A stretch of DNA of 64,000 nt from Malacoraja senta (GCA_038087875.1 CM075994.1:6698001-6762000); one strand, 5' to 3'. Positions 1 to 11,896 are shown, numbered from the stretch's first letter. The notes: generated by a model not told the origin, from the letters alone. Numbers and translations are program-made.

Positions 1-865
1 GCACTGAGATGCTCGGCCAAGCAGAAGAGTATTTGGTGTGATGTACTGAACGCAGTCTTCCCGGCTTTGTATTCTGGCGTCGATCGGACGTTCATTTGAC
101 AGGTTGGCTGCCATGTAAAGAGCTGTCTGAAACTCACTATAACTGAGTGACGATTCTTTTCCAAAACTTTGGAGCGCTCTCTTCACAACACGCACAGCAG
201 CTTCCGCAGCGCCATTTCTGTGTGGAGAATCAGCAGGATGGATTTTCCACATCCACTCTGTTCCATTTTTAGCTGCGTTCTCCTCCAAAGCTGCTCTGTC
301 CAGGTTGTCCAAAAATCTATATAGTTCCTCTAAGACTGGTTTTGTGCCAATAAAATTGGTGCCTGGATCTGACCAGATCTTCTTGGGGTGCCCACGGATT
401 GCTGTGAATCTTTGATAAGCCATCAGAAACCCTTCACTTGATAAGGTGTTGACTAACTCTGTGTGGATGGCTCTGCTGGCCATACAGCAGAAGACAACTC
501 CCCAGACTTTGAGTTTTACCCTCTTCTTGACGTCATCGTGTACGTGGTAGGGTCCAAAGAGGTCTACTGTTGTATACTCAAAAGGAGCAGCAGGTTCAGT
601 TCTTTCAGGCGGCAGAACTCATTATTTGTTGACATTTCTTTGCCTTTGCTTTCTTGCAGATTATGCAGTGATCAACGACTTTTTGAGCAATTCTCCTTCC
701 TTTTATGACCCAAGCCTTTCCTCTCATTTTAAGCAAGGTCCCAGCCACTCGGTCATGACTCTCCCTGTGAGCCTCCCGAGCTAGCAGCATGGACACCCAG
801 GCATCAACGGGCAGGATGGGAACAGCACCTTTATCTTCTTCAAAGCTCTGCACTCTGCCACACAA
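1..865 (-). pseudogene. BEL/Pao integrase, frameshifted and truncated by the window edge
   Basis: HHCC zinc finger AHRESH..CIICKK (ORF 605-865), then by manual translation KVWGVVFCCMASRAIH, IWSDPGTNF, HRNGAAEAAVRVVK and LSNERPI. Confidence 0.9.
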
Positions 866-3800
866 ACCATCAGCCCAGAATCTTGGTCTTTATAGGCTAC
901 CAGTCGATCTGTTGTGGTGCTTGGGAAAGTTGTGTCCAATTGCGCAGCACAAAACATGTCTTTTAGAGCATTTTCTCGTTCTCTTACTGTAATGACTCCT
1001 GTCAAAGAGATGGCCTCCCACTTTGGATAGTTTAGGGCTTTTTCCCTGCCAAGAAACCTCTTCGCTGCTCTCCAAATCCATGCGACTGTCTTGATCAGTC
1101 GAGTTAGAATGCTGAGCCGCTTGACATCAACAAGGTTCTGAATAGCTGACCCTGCAGGTGGTCTCTTTGGGTTTGTGGGTTCCGGTTCTTGTTTCTCTAC
1201 TTTGGCTCTTGATAGTGCTGCAACAAAAGCTTTCTTCTGTAACTTTTCGATGTTCTCTCTGGCAGTGGCAGCCAGTTCCTTAGCTGATTTTATTGGCCAC
1301 TCACTCACAGGCAACACCAGAAACTTCGGTCCATTTTGCCACTCCGAATACTGATCAAGGTCTTGAGGGCTGGCACCTCTGGTGATTACATCAGCGATGT
1401 TTTGTGGGCCAGGAATCCACCGCCAGTCCTGAATGTTGGTGCTTGTTTGAATCTCTCCAATCCGATTGGCGAAGAATGTCTGAAATCCGTAGCTTTCTCG
1501 CTGTATTGCACCAAGGATTGTTTGGCTATCCACAAGATGATACCACTTCTCCACTTGAATTCGACTGTGTAGCTCGAAATACTTCCTCAAGCGTGAGGCG
1601 AACACTGCTCCGCACATCTCTGCTTTAACAGCGTCTCCTCTGTGGTCCAAGGGAGTTAACTTGGCCTTGGATTCCACAAGTCTGACAATTGGGCCATGGT
1701 CTGAATCCCATCTCGGGTACATCACCGCCCCGTAGGTGTGCTCACTTCCGTCAGAAAAGGTGATCCCCAAGGGTTCAGTTGCGGAGCAAGAGGGAGTCAG
1801 TACCCTGACGAACTTGACTTTTCCAAGTTGTACATACTCTTCAAAGAGCTTAATTGCATCCTCCCTGAGTCCATATGAGAATGCCATGTCCCATGTGTCT
1901 CTGACCGAACAACTTCCCTCTTTTGCTTCTTGGAAAGCTCTGCGTACTAGAATCGCCCCCTTTTGCTTAACAGGAGCCACTATGCCGATGGGGTCATATA
2001 GCCCTGCTACCTGGCTGAGAAACTCTCTTCTTGTTAGGGGATTTGGCGTCTGAGTTTTGATTTGCTCTTGTAGAAGGCCTTGACCAAGCCGCATCTTTTT
2101 CTTTCTCTTGGAGAAATTGATTCCCACCATAACGTGGAGCATGTCCTCTTCAACAATGTAGCCCAGACCAAGTGCCTTGTTATCATCATCATGCATTTGG
2201 TTTGGTAGGATCATGGTTTTTGTTTTGCTTTCCTTTAAAGTATCACTGTCCTCCTTCCTCCCACTTTGGCCAGACAGAACCCAAGGCTTGAGCTCAAACC
2301 CACCAGCTTTCAGGATTCGTTCCACATTTGCTGTGATGATTCTCAACTGGTCGAGGCTGTTGTGAGATGTGAGGATGTCGTCAACATAGCTGTCTTTCTG
2401 GAGTACTTGCTGCTCATCCTTGAGGTGGATAAAAGAAGGAAGATTAGCAGTCTCACGCATTGCCAACTGTGCAATGCACCCCGCAGGTTTGTCTCCGATG
2501 TTCACTCTTGTGATAGCATACTCTCCCAGCTCCTCGTCCTCGGAATCTCGCCAGAGGAATCTGTGTAAGTGTACTTCACGGTCCTCCAACCAGACTGAGT
2601 TATACATCTTCTTTATGTCTCCCAGAGCAGCATAGATTCCGCCTCTGAACCTGAGGAGGACGGCGCTAATTTGGTTGAGGACGTCTGGACCTTTCATCAG
2701 CAAATCATTTAAGCTGACACCATTGCACTTTTGGCTGCTGTTCCACACTAGTCTCTCTGGGGTCGTGACAGAGTGGGGGTTTGGAGCAATAAGGTGACTC
2801 ACATACCACACTGGTCCCTCCCAGTTTGCAATCATGTCTTCGGACAATTTGATTGCAGCCTTTCGGTCCACCGTGTCGTGCACCTGAGCAGTGTAGGCAC
2901 TTTTCCATTCAGGTTCTCTGGATAGCTGCCTCTCCGTCCTGAGAAATGTGGCTTCCACTGCCCTTTTATTATTTGGTAGAGAAGCTGGGTCTTCCAACCA
3001 AGGATAGCTAGCATGCCAATGTGGGTCTTTACTGTGACGGTCTCCTGTTACGTAGGTGAGGCCTTCCCTTACCACTTCGAGCTCTCTCTCTTCAGCAAGA
3101 GTCATTTCTTTTCCGCCTGGCTGGCAGTTTCCACAGCGGCAACGCCCGCACTTTGGCTCGCATGCTGCTCCAATGCTATCCCACTTCCACCAATCCAAGA
3201 AGTCCCGATTGGCAGTTGATGTACATGACTTCTGGACTTTGACGGCGACCTGTTCGTTTGGTGAAAGTTCCTCAGGGACTGCGTCAGTGAGCTCCTCATG
3301 CTTTAAAGCAGCTGCTCTCATTGATCTTGCGAAGTGTGTTTTGGACATGTGGGCTGACATGGTAAGCTTCTCAAACAGCTCAGGATGACAACCTCCAACA
3401 GTCTTCCCCAGTGGTCCATCCGACAGAATGAGATCTCCAACAGTTTTAATCCTCTGAGGCGCTAGCTGACCTTCTCTATGGCTTATGAGCAAATGTATCT
3501 CTTTAGGTCTCACAAGTTCCTCACGTGGGACGTCTGGAAAGAACTTTTGCAGCTGCTGTGGTGTCACATGTTTGTGAACATCTGCAATGCTGTCCAATCC
3601 ATAACAAACGAACTGGTGCGACTTGAGTGTGCCCTTGGGAGTCTTCACTCGGATCTTTAGAAGGTAGCGCCTCGTCTCTACGTGGGCCTTCATCCCCCCA
3701 ACTCCATGGACGATAAGCGTGATGTCTTCACTCCTAAGGTTCAGTCTCCTCGCAGCCTTGTGAGTTATGTAGTTGGTATCTGAGGCCAAGTCAATTAATA

Positions 3801-4074
3801 TCCCAACCTTTTGTCCAGCATTTGCTACGACCTCCAGAAGCATCATAATCACTGGGTGCTCTTGCAGTCCACCTTCTTTTAGGAGGCTTGGCTGATGCTT
3901 TGCAGTGTTGAAGGCTCTTGATGCAGTGTTGGAGAACACATCTCGGCATTGTTTTGCCAACTCTGGTGGAAGTTTGCTAAAAAACTCCTCTTGGTCCACT
4001 ATATATTTCTTTTTGCCTTTACCTTCCTCTGGACCAAATTTACTCCTTCTCTGATCCACACTGCTTTTCCTCAT
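781..4074 (-). CDS. BEL/Pao pol ORF remnant (aspartic protease, RT, RNase H), 1097 aa open segment
   Basis: ORF track shows protease-like ILIDLASDTNYIT, a Cys cluster CEPKCGRCRCGNC, RT DIKKMYNSV...SYVDDIL, and RNase H FSDGSE...E...VDSQ...NIAD. A frameshift near 870 separates it from the integrase. Confidence 0.9.
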   Translation of the reverse strand: MRKSSVDQRRSKFGPEEGKGKKKYIVDQEEFFSKLPPELAKQCRDVFSNTASRAFNTAKHQPSLLKEGGLQEHPVIMMLLEVVANAGQKVGILIDLASDTNYITHKAARRLNLRSEDITLIVHGVGGMKAHVETRRYLLKIRVKTPKGTLKSHQFVCYGLDSIADVHKHVTPQQLQKFFPDVPREELVRPKEIHLLISHREGQLAPQRIKTVGDLILSDGPLGKTVGGCHPELFEKLTMSAHMSKTHFARSMRAAALKHEELTDAVPEELSPNEQVAVKVQKSCTSTANRDFLDWWKWDSIGAACEPKCGRCRCGNCQPGGKEMTLAEERELEVVREGLTYVTGDRHSKDPHWHASYPWLEDPASLPNNKRAVEATFLRTERQLSREPEWKSAYTAQVHDTVDRKAAIKLSEDMIANWEGPVWYVSHLIAPNPHSVTTPERLVWNSSQKCNGVSLNDLLMKGPDVLNQISAVLLRFRGGIYAALGDIKKMYNSVWLEDREVHLHRFLWRDSEDEELGEYAITRVNIGDKPAGCIAQLAMRETANLPSFIHLKDEQQVLQKDSYVDDILTSHNSLDQLRIITANVERILKAGGFELKPWVLSGQSGRKEDSDTLKESKTKTMILPNQMHDDDNKALGLGYIVEEDMLHVMVGINFSKRKKKMRLGQGLLQEQIKTQTPNPLTRREFLSQVAGLYDPIGIVAPVKQKGAILVRRAFQEAKEGSCSVRDTWDMAFSYGLREDAIKLFEEYVQLGKVKFVRVLTPSCSATEPLGITFSDGSEHTYGAVMYPRWDSDHGPIVRLVESKAKLTPLDHRGDAVKAEMCGAVFASRLRKYFELHSRIQVEKWYHLVDSQTILGAIQRESYGFQTFFANRIGEIQTSTNIQDWRWIPGPQNIADVITRGASPQDLDQYSEWQNGPKFLVLPVSEWPIKSAKELAATARENIEKLQKKAFVAALSRAKVEKQEPEPTNPKRPPAGSAIQNLVDVKRLSILTRLIKTVAWIWRAAKRFLGREKALNYPKWEAISLTGVITVRERENALKDMFCAAQLDTTFPSTTTDRLVAYKDQDSGLMVCVAECRALKKIKVLFPSCPLMPGCPCC

Positions 4075-5636
4075 CTCATAATTGGCGCACAGATAATAAT
4101 GATGCTCAGGAGTCTATTCATCCTTGCAGATTTGATTTTTACACAGATATGCAGGTTTGCAGTATGAACCATCATCATGAACTTCAAGACACTTTTTGCA
4201 TGCTCCCAACTTCTTTACTGCAGCTCTTTTCTCTGTCAGCTTTAGCCCTCGAAACTGCTTGCAGAAGTACAGCTTTCTTTTATGCTTTACGTCACCACAG
4301 GCCTACACAACTTGTGTGGTCATTTCCTGACTTGGTAGACTTGGTTCTCGCATGTCTTGGTTCAGTCCGAGTTTCCGTTCTACTCGGCTCCTCGTCCCTC
4401 AGTTGCTCGAGCTGTTCGTATATGCTCTCCTGCTCTTTGAGAAATGACAAGAGACTGTCAAACCGTTTTCTGGTGCCACAGCATTCTTCTTGTCAGCTAC
4501 ATAAACCAGCCATTCCTTTTTGAGGGTTTCTGGAAACTGGGTTTCAATTGATTTTGTCATCAGTGGGTTTTTAATAGCGTCTGTGTCTCCGAGATTGCTC
4601 AAGTCCTTAAGCGCCTTTTCCACAGCTTGAATTAATTCCACTATTTAACGTGGCTGATGTCCTCAGGTGGAATTCTCTGAAGCTCCTCCACTATCTCAAT
4701 AGCAATAGCTGTTTGATTTCCAAACCGGTTCTCTAGGACACGAAAGATATCATCTGCAGTGTTATAACTTGTGAGGCGGAGGTCTCTTGTAATTTTGTCC
4801 TCCAGACTGTCCAGCAATTGAACCTTCTTCACCTCATTTGCTCCAGTGGGTTCACCTTGCTTTTGCAGTGCTTCCCAATCCTTCCTCCATCTATAAAAGT
4901 CACGCTTGTTTCCAGTAAACTTAGGAAGGCCGTGGGTCTCAGTCTGATGGCTGGTGAAGGATAATTGAAAGCATTCGCGCTTGTGCTAATCCTTCAGCGT
5001 CCTTCTTTATTCTTGCCTGTATGAAGTCAGCCTTCCTGGAAACCAGCTTGGGGACACGAGAAGCTCGAGTGTTCTTAGGTGTTTCTGGAAGCTCTCTTGC
5101 TGATCCAGAGGGACCCAACGTTTCCACCGACTGTACGTTTCCTTTGCAGTCTCTACCAGTCTCTGCAGGTGGTTAAGTATGAATTCATATGCTTCTTGGT
5201 TGCTATTTGATGGTGCGGTGGCAGCAGCAAATTCACATGCACCATCTGCTGTCTGTAGTGAGGTGGATAATTCAACATTTCCAAAGTTTGCCCATAGAGT
5301 GTCCTGGATGAGCCCTTTGACCTCTTTTAGTTTCGACTCACACTCCTTTGCAGTCTTTGCCAGGTTGGCTTTTTGCTGTTCAGTTAACACAGCTTCCTCA
5401 TCTGCATCCAGCTCCGCCTCCAGCTCTGCAATGAGTCCAGCCTCCACATCGTCATTGGCTTCCTAGACTTTTTCGGCCTCTTGCATGAGTTTGTTGAAAT
5501 TGTTCCTGAGCTCCTCTTCAGACATTTCTTTATGGTTCCTAATGATGCTGTTAACAAGACGAGAGAATGCCCGTGTTGCTGTTGTCCTCTCCACCTTGAG
5601 CTGCTCAGCTGACTTTCCAGTAACTTCATCAGCCAT
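4075..5636 (-). pseudogene. BEL/Pao gag, disrupted by stops and frameshifts
   Basis: ATG at 5636 (MADEVTGKSAEQLKVERTTA..) is in frame with ORF 5007-5447, with an internal TAG near 5463. Further fragments are LPKFTGNKRDFYRW, IFRVLENRFGN and the Cys/His knuckles near 4100-4330. Confidence 0.8.
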
Positions 5637-6582
5637 GATTTATCTTGACTTAACTGTCTCTTTTCCAGGTTTCCAGATCTCCTGGTCACAGCAGTTTTTC
5701 ACTGTCAAGCCTTCTAATGTTTTTGTGCAGATTCCCCGCTTGAAAGGGATCTGATTCATCCACCCCGAAATGATGAACTGGATTTCACTCAATGACCAAA
5801 CCACTTCTTTTCCATTTTTCTTTCTCCTTTTATTTTGGCAGATTCAGCAATTAATTGACAGTTTCACTTGATTTATTGCTTCAGCCATTACTTTGAAGGC
5901 ATTTGGATGTTGTAGGTCTTAAGGTATTTAACAGTTTAGTCTTTTAGCAGGTGAAAAACTGGCTGCCAATCGGGTGCTGTAGATAATCAGTCCTGCATGC
6001 CTTCGCTGGCGATCGTGGCAGTTTTTAGGACAGTCTCTTAGATTATACTGTTCAAGTTTTTAGCCGCAAGTCAACTTCTGTCTTTTCCTCGCTTCCGGTG
6101 CTGTGTGCCCTTTTTTAAAGCCCCGGGCGGAACTTGGCTTATCTCCGCTTCTCTGTTCACGGTCGGGCTGACTCTGCTCCCGACCGGGCTTTCTCTGCTT
6201 TCTCCCCCCACCGAGTTGACTGTTCCCAGTTGGGCTGAAGACTCAGCCTCTTTGTCGGTGGCTTTTCTGGACCTGTCCGTGGCCTTCACGGTACTAGGCC
6301 CCCACCCGACGTCTGTGGCTGCTGCTTGAGCTTGGCAGTGAGCTTCACAGCCCTGGATACATTCCATGTAAGCTGACACCATGCTTGGTGACCCTTACTG
6401 CCCCTGCTTGATTTCCTAGCTCTTCCCTGAGCTATTGCTTCCCGTTCCTACCTTTTTCCTTTTTGGCGCCAATTCAAAACCATTTGGCTTGGTGCTGTTC
6501 CACTTGTTTCCAAATATTACTTCTATTTTTAACTTTTGTTTTCGATTCTTCTTGCTGGCCTTGTTCTTATCTTCGTTCTTTT

Positions 6583-6595
6583 ATCCTCGTCGCCA
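6583..6595 (-). promoter_or_regulatory. Primer-binding site, complementary to the tRNA-Ser(GCT) 3' end
   Basis: Minus strand reads TGGCGACGAGGAT directly after the LTR. The tRNA match is from recalled vertebrate tRNA sequence (..ATCCTCGTCG-CCA). Confidence 0.75.
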
Positions 6596-6597
6596 AT

Positions 6598-6765
6598 TGT
6601 TGTGTATTCTGATGCTTTGAACAGTCTTGAATAAAGGCTCGGACACGGGAGGAATCATACAAGCTTCTTTACTGCAGGACGCCACCTTGTCTTTTTTGCT
6701 CCTGCGTACTTGCCCCAGACATCACAAGACAACAATTACTTATCCTAATTATCCCATACCTAACA
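6598..6765 (-). repeat. LTR of the BEL element (may extend to 6862)
   Basis: TGTT...AACA inverted termini; ends 2 nt before the PBS. Confidence 0.65.
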
Positions 6766-6869
6766 CTCCTCCCCCTTTAACTTGGAGCCCGGTAACACCA
6801 ATTATATTACATACATAATACTCCTCCCCCTAACTTGGAGGCAGGTAATACCTTTCATTACAGTTTGAC

Positions 6870-7262
6870 TTGACAAGAACAATGAATGAAAAATACGCAA
6901 AAAAAGTAATGATGATATAGGAAAATGTTTGCTAGGTGAGAATGAGGAAGATGGTGCGACTTGGTGGGGGAGGGATGTGCGAGAGAGGGAATGCCGGGGT
7001 TACTTGAAATGAGAGAAATCAAAATTCATACCCCTGGATTGTAAGCTGCCCAAGCGAAATATGAGATGCTGATCCTCCAATTTGCATTTAGCCTCACTCT
7101 GACAATGGAGGAGACCCAGGACAGAAAGGTCAGTGTGGGAATGAGAAGGGGAATTAAAGTGTTTCGCAACCAGGAGGATCAGGTAGGTCCCAGCGAAGAT
7201 GTTAATGAAACGATCGCCCAGACTACATTTGGTCTCGCCTATGTATAAGAGTCCACATCTTG
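6870..7262 (-). mobile_element. Penelope-like element 3' fragment (GIY-YIG)
   Basis: ORF 7000-7302 reads SRCGLLYIGETK..HFNSPSHSHTDLSVLGL..LIFRLGSLQ. Confidence 0.85.
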
Positions 7263-7444
7263 AAACTGTTCTGTTTGTTCTGCTTGTTGGGTATAGAATC
7301 ACTTTAGTCAGAGGGCGGTGAATCTGTGGAATTCATTGCCACAGACAGCTGTGGAGGCCAGGTCATTGAGTATTTTAAAGCACAGATTGACAGATTCTTA
7401 AATATCGCGGGTGTCAGGGGTTATGAGAAGAAGGCAGGAGAATG

Positions 7445-7737
7445 GGCATGGTGGTGCAGCGGTAGAGTTGCTGCCTTGCAGCCAGATACCCAAATTCGAT
7501 CCTGACTATGGGTGCTGTCTGTTTGGAGTTTGTACATTCTCCCCGTGCCTTTCTCTGATATCTCTGTTTCCTCCCACACTCCGAAGACGTACAGGTTGTA
7601 GGTTAATTGACTTGGTATAATTGTAAATTGTTCCTAGTGTTTGTAGGATAGCGTTAATGTGCAGGGATCACTGGTCGGTGCAGACTCGGTGGGCCAAAGG
7701 GCCTGTTTCCAACGCTGTATCTCTAAACTAAACTAAA
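7445..7737 (+). mobile_element. tRNA-derived V-SINE (HE1-like)
   Basis: A box TGGTGCAGCGG, degenerate B box (TTCGATCC), V-domain GTTTCCTCCCAC..AAGAC, CR1-like 3' end and (CTAAA)n tail. Confidence 0.85.
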
Positions 7738-8394
7738 TGGGGTTGAGGGAAAGATAGATCAGCCATGATTGAATGACTTGATTAGACTTGATGGGCCAAA
7801 TGGCCTAATTCTGCTCCTATCACTTATGAACATATCAATCTCCAGCCATGCAGCCTGACCCGCTGAGTAACTCCAGCATTTTGTGTCAATCTTACTTATT
7901 TGACTTGGTATAATTGAAATCAAAGTCTCATTAATTCATTGAATTTAGGAAGAATGTACCTCTGCAGTTTCTTCCAGTACCGTCCTGAAGAACACTATTC
8001 AGTATAAAGCTACATAATTGTTACCTTACCGTGGAAATGTTTGAACAATGTGCATTTAAATAAAACATCATGTCAAAGAAACACGTTAGCACAATATTGA
8101 AGGCTAAGCCTGTCGACTGGATGAGGATTTCCTCATGTTAGTCTCCGAGATCGCACCAGAAGGCGGTAGTGAGCGAAAAAGAGGCGGCACTGGAGGCGAA
8201 GTTTGAGCTTCTGGCTAAATTAACTATTAAATATCCAATGGTCGACTATGTAATTCAATCTCAGTCAGAAGCACGCCATCAATGCAGGTGAGAGGGGAAA
8301 AAGGCACATCATCAAGGTGAGAGGGAAAAAAATATGAGCTTTGATAAATTATTCATACAAACATTCCCACTGTGTTCCTTCAGCATGTTGTGTT

Positions 8395-8915
8395 TCATTT
8401 GTTTGTGTTTTTGTATGTGTAAGTGTTTCTGTGTGCATGTCCTGTGTATGTGTAAGTGTTTCTGTGTGCATGTCCTGTGTATGTGTGTGTATATGCGTGC
8501 CTCTGTGTGCGTCAGTGTGTGTGTGTGTGTCTGTCTGTTTGTCACTGTGTGTGTGTGTGTGTGTGTGTGTCAGTGTGTGTGTGCGTGTGTGTCAGTGTGT
8601 GTGTGTGTCTTCAGTGTGTGTGTGTGTGTGTGTGTGTGTGTCAGTGTATCTCTGTCAGTAGATGTGTATGTGTTAGTGTGTCTGTCAGTGTACGTGTCTG
8701 TGTCAATATGCGCGTTTGTGTGTGTGTGTGGGTGCATGTGTCTGTGCGCGCCTGAGCGTGTCTGTGTATGTGTCTGTCTATGTCTGTGTCTGTGTGTGTG
8801 TCTGTGAGTGTCTGTGAGTGTGTGTGCGTGTCTATGCGCGTGTTTGTCTGAGTGTGAGTGTGAGTGTGTGTGTGTGTGTGTCTGTGAGTGTGAGTGTGTG
8901 TGTGTGTGTGTGTGC
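8395..8915. repeat. Degenerate (TG)n microsatellite
   Basis: Direct inspection. Confidence 0.97.
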
Positions 8916-8974
8916 ATAACTAGTGGGTCGTCAGTGCAGAAACCAGCCGAACTTAGAGCCTTAGCCTGCAGCGA

Positions 8975-9500
8975 CGGGAGGGGAGTGGGGTGGATGGGAG
9001 GGGAGGGGGGTAGTGGTGTGGAGGATAGTGGAAATTGAAAGTGGAGGGGACGGGGAGTGGAGGGGGGGGTGGAAGAGATGGGAGTGGATTGGGGGGGAGT
9101 GGTGGCGAGGGGGCAGTAGGGGATATAGGTCGGAGGGAGAGTAGAGGTAGCACGAGGGGAGGATATAGGGAGGGGATGGAGGGGAGGATATAGGATGGGG
9201 AGGAGGGAGGGGAGGAGGGAGGGAGAGTAAAGGGAGCAGGAGGGGGAGGGTGGAGGCAGGAGGGGAGTGAGGGTAGGAGGATGGAAAGGGAGGTAGGGGC
9301 AGATGGGGAAGATATATGGAGGGGAAGGGTATAGGATGGAGAGAGGGGGTGAGAGAGAGGGAGGGAGGGAGAGTGAGGGAGAGGAGAGGGTAAATGAGAG
9401 GTGGGGGAGGTGGATGGGGCAGAAGAGGAGTGGATGAGGAGGGGAGGGAGCAGGAAGAGAGGGAGGAGAGGGTAGAAAGGGAGGAGAGGGTAGAATGAGG
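8975..9500. repeat. G/A-rich low-complexity polypurine tract
   Basis: Direct inspection; many GGG runs. Confidence 0.95.
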
Positions 9501-10397
9501 GCAGGACTGGAACAAGACCACAGCCAGGAAGATGGAATGAATTACCCAGCATTTAGTGCCAAGCAGCAGCCGAGAGCCTTGACAATTAGAGCAATTACGA
9601 CAATTAAAGCAGCTAATTAAAAAGCAATTACACCAGTAAAGTGTGGTGATTATAGGATTTTAAATGATAATAGAGATGGAAATTAGATTAATTACATATT
9701 CATAGGAGCCAAATTAGAACAGGGTATCCTCCCTCGTGCTCGCCCTCCGAATATAAATCTAAACTGTTTTAATCAGCGCTTGTCGGCACTTGCAATGTGT
9801 AGAGGGAGGACCGATCGAATCTTATTTAACTGTAATGAGGCTGAGAGATTGCAATGATTTAGTTGAGTTTAGAGATTCAGCGTGGAAACAGGCCCTTCGG
9901 CCCACCGAGTCCGCACCGGCCAGCGATGGCGATGCGCGCACACGAACATTATCCTACACCCACTGGGGACAATTTACACACATATACCAAAGCCAATTAA
10001 CCTACAAACCGGTGTAAAAAAGAACTGCAGATGGTGGATAAAATCGAAGGTAGACACTTGGCATCATGTTCAGCGAGGACACTTGATTGTAATCAAGTCT
10101 AGTCTTAAGAATGGTTTCGGCCCGAAACGTTGCCTATTTCCTTCGCTCCATAGATGCTGCTGCACCCGCTGAGTTTCTCCAGCACTTTTGTCTACCTTCG
10201 ATTTTCCAGCATCTGCAGTTCCTTCTTAAACACTAGTCTTTCCACTGACTGGTTAGCACAAAACAAAAAAAGGCTTTTCACCGTACCTCAGTACATGTGA
10301 CAATAAACTAAACTAAACTAAAACACAGTGGGATTTTGGGCATGTTCCTGTAATGCACTCTTCTGTGTAGGAAGGAAGTCCAAATGCAGTTTAAGCA

Positions 10398-11885
10398 CCC
10401 TATACCCGGCCACTGACACCCTCCTCCGCCTAGCGGAGCTGGTCCTTACCCTCAATAGCTTCTCATTTGACTCCTCCCATTTCCTCCAAATACAAGGCGT
10501 AGCTATGGGCACACGCATGGGCCCCAGCTACCCCTGCCTCTTTGTCGGGTACGTAGAATAATCCTTGTTCAATGCGTACCAGGGCCCCATCCCCGACCTC
10601 TACCTCCGCTACATCGATGACTGTTTTGGTGCCACATCCTGCACCCACACACAACTGACTGACTTCATCCGCTTCACCACCAACTTCCATCCGGCACTCA
10701 AATACACCTGGACCATTTCCGACACTTCCCTACCATTCCTTGACCTCACTATCTCCATCGCAGGTGATAGACTTCTTACCGACATCCACTACAAACCTAC
10801 CGACTCCCATGGCTATCTAGACTACTCTTCTTCCCACCCTGCTTCCTGTAAGGACTCCATCCCCCACTCTCAATTCCTCCGTCTACGCCGCATCTGCTCC
10901 CAGGATGAGACTTTCCACACCAGGGCATCCGAAATGTCCTCATTCTTCAGGGAACGGGGGTTCCCCTCCTCCACCATAGATGAGGCTCGCACCAGGGTCT
11001 CTGCCATACCCCGCAACACTGCTCTCTCTCCCCATCCCCCCCACTCACAACAAGGGCAGAGTCCCCCTAGTCCTCACCTTTCATCCCACCAGCCGTCACA
11101 TACAACAAGTGATCCTCCGTCAGTTTCGCCACCTCCAACGTGACCCCACCACTCACCACATCTTCCCATCTCCCCCCATGTCTGCCTTCTGCAAAGACCG
11201 CTCCCTCCGTAACTCCCTTGTCAATTCTTCCTTTCCCTCCCGTACCACCCCTCCCCGGGTACTTTCCCTTGCAACCGCAAGAGATGCAACACTTGTCCCT
11301 TCACCTCCCCCCTCGATTCCATTCAAGGACCCAAGCAGTCGTTCCAGGTGCGACAGAGGTTCACCTGCATCTCCTCCAACCTCATCTATTGCATCCGCTG
11401 CTCTAGATGTCAGCTGATCTACATCGGTGAGACCAAGCGGAGGCTTGGCGATCGTTTCGCCGAACACCTCCGGTCGGTCCGCAATAACCTACCTGACCTC
11501 CCGGTGGCTCAGCACTTCAACTCCCCCTCCCATTCCGTATCTGACCTCTCTGTCCTGGGTCTCCTCCATGGCCACAGTGAGCAACACCGGAAATTGGAGG
11601 AAATGCACCTCATATTCCGCTTGGGCAGTCTACATCCTGGGGGCATGAACATCGAATTCTCCCAACTCTGCTAGCTCTTGCTGTCCCCTCCCCTTCATCA
11701 GCCCTCTGGTTGTCTCCTCCCACCCCCCAGCCCTCGGGGTCCTCCTCCACCTTTTTTCCTTTTTTCCTTTCTTCTCCCCACCCCCTATCAGTCTGAAGAA
11801 GGGTTTTGGCCCGAAACATTGCCTATTTCCTTCGCTCCATAGATGCTGCTGCACCCGCTGAGTTTCTCCAGCATTTTTGTGTACC
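10398..11885 (+). mobile_element. Penelope-like element, 5' truncated (RT C-terminal half, GIY-YIG, hammerhead-bearing terminus)
   Basis: QIQGVAMGTRMGPSY, YLRYIDD, LPFLDL, and NLIYCIRCSRCQLIYIGETKRRLGDRFAEH. Frameshifted. Hammerhead core at 11793-11820. Confidence 0.93.
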
Positions 11886-11896
11886 TGCAGTTTATA

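Larger units (their letters stand above)
1..6765 (-). mobile_element. BEL/Pao-family LTR retrotransposon, decayed; 3' part runs off the window edge
   Basis: Minus-strand order is LTR, PBS, gag, protease, RT, RNase H, integrase. BEL-type motifs include LVWNSS..SLNDLLMKGPDVLN, SYVDD, FSDGSE..YGAV and FFANRIGEIQ. Confidence 0.95.

Noticed and set aside
8312..9552. Cys/Val-, His/Thr- and Pro-rich ORFs
   Set aside because: Translations of (TG)n and polypurine repeats.
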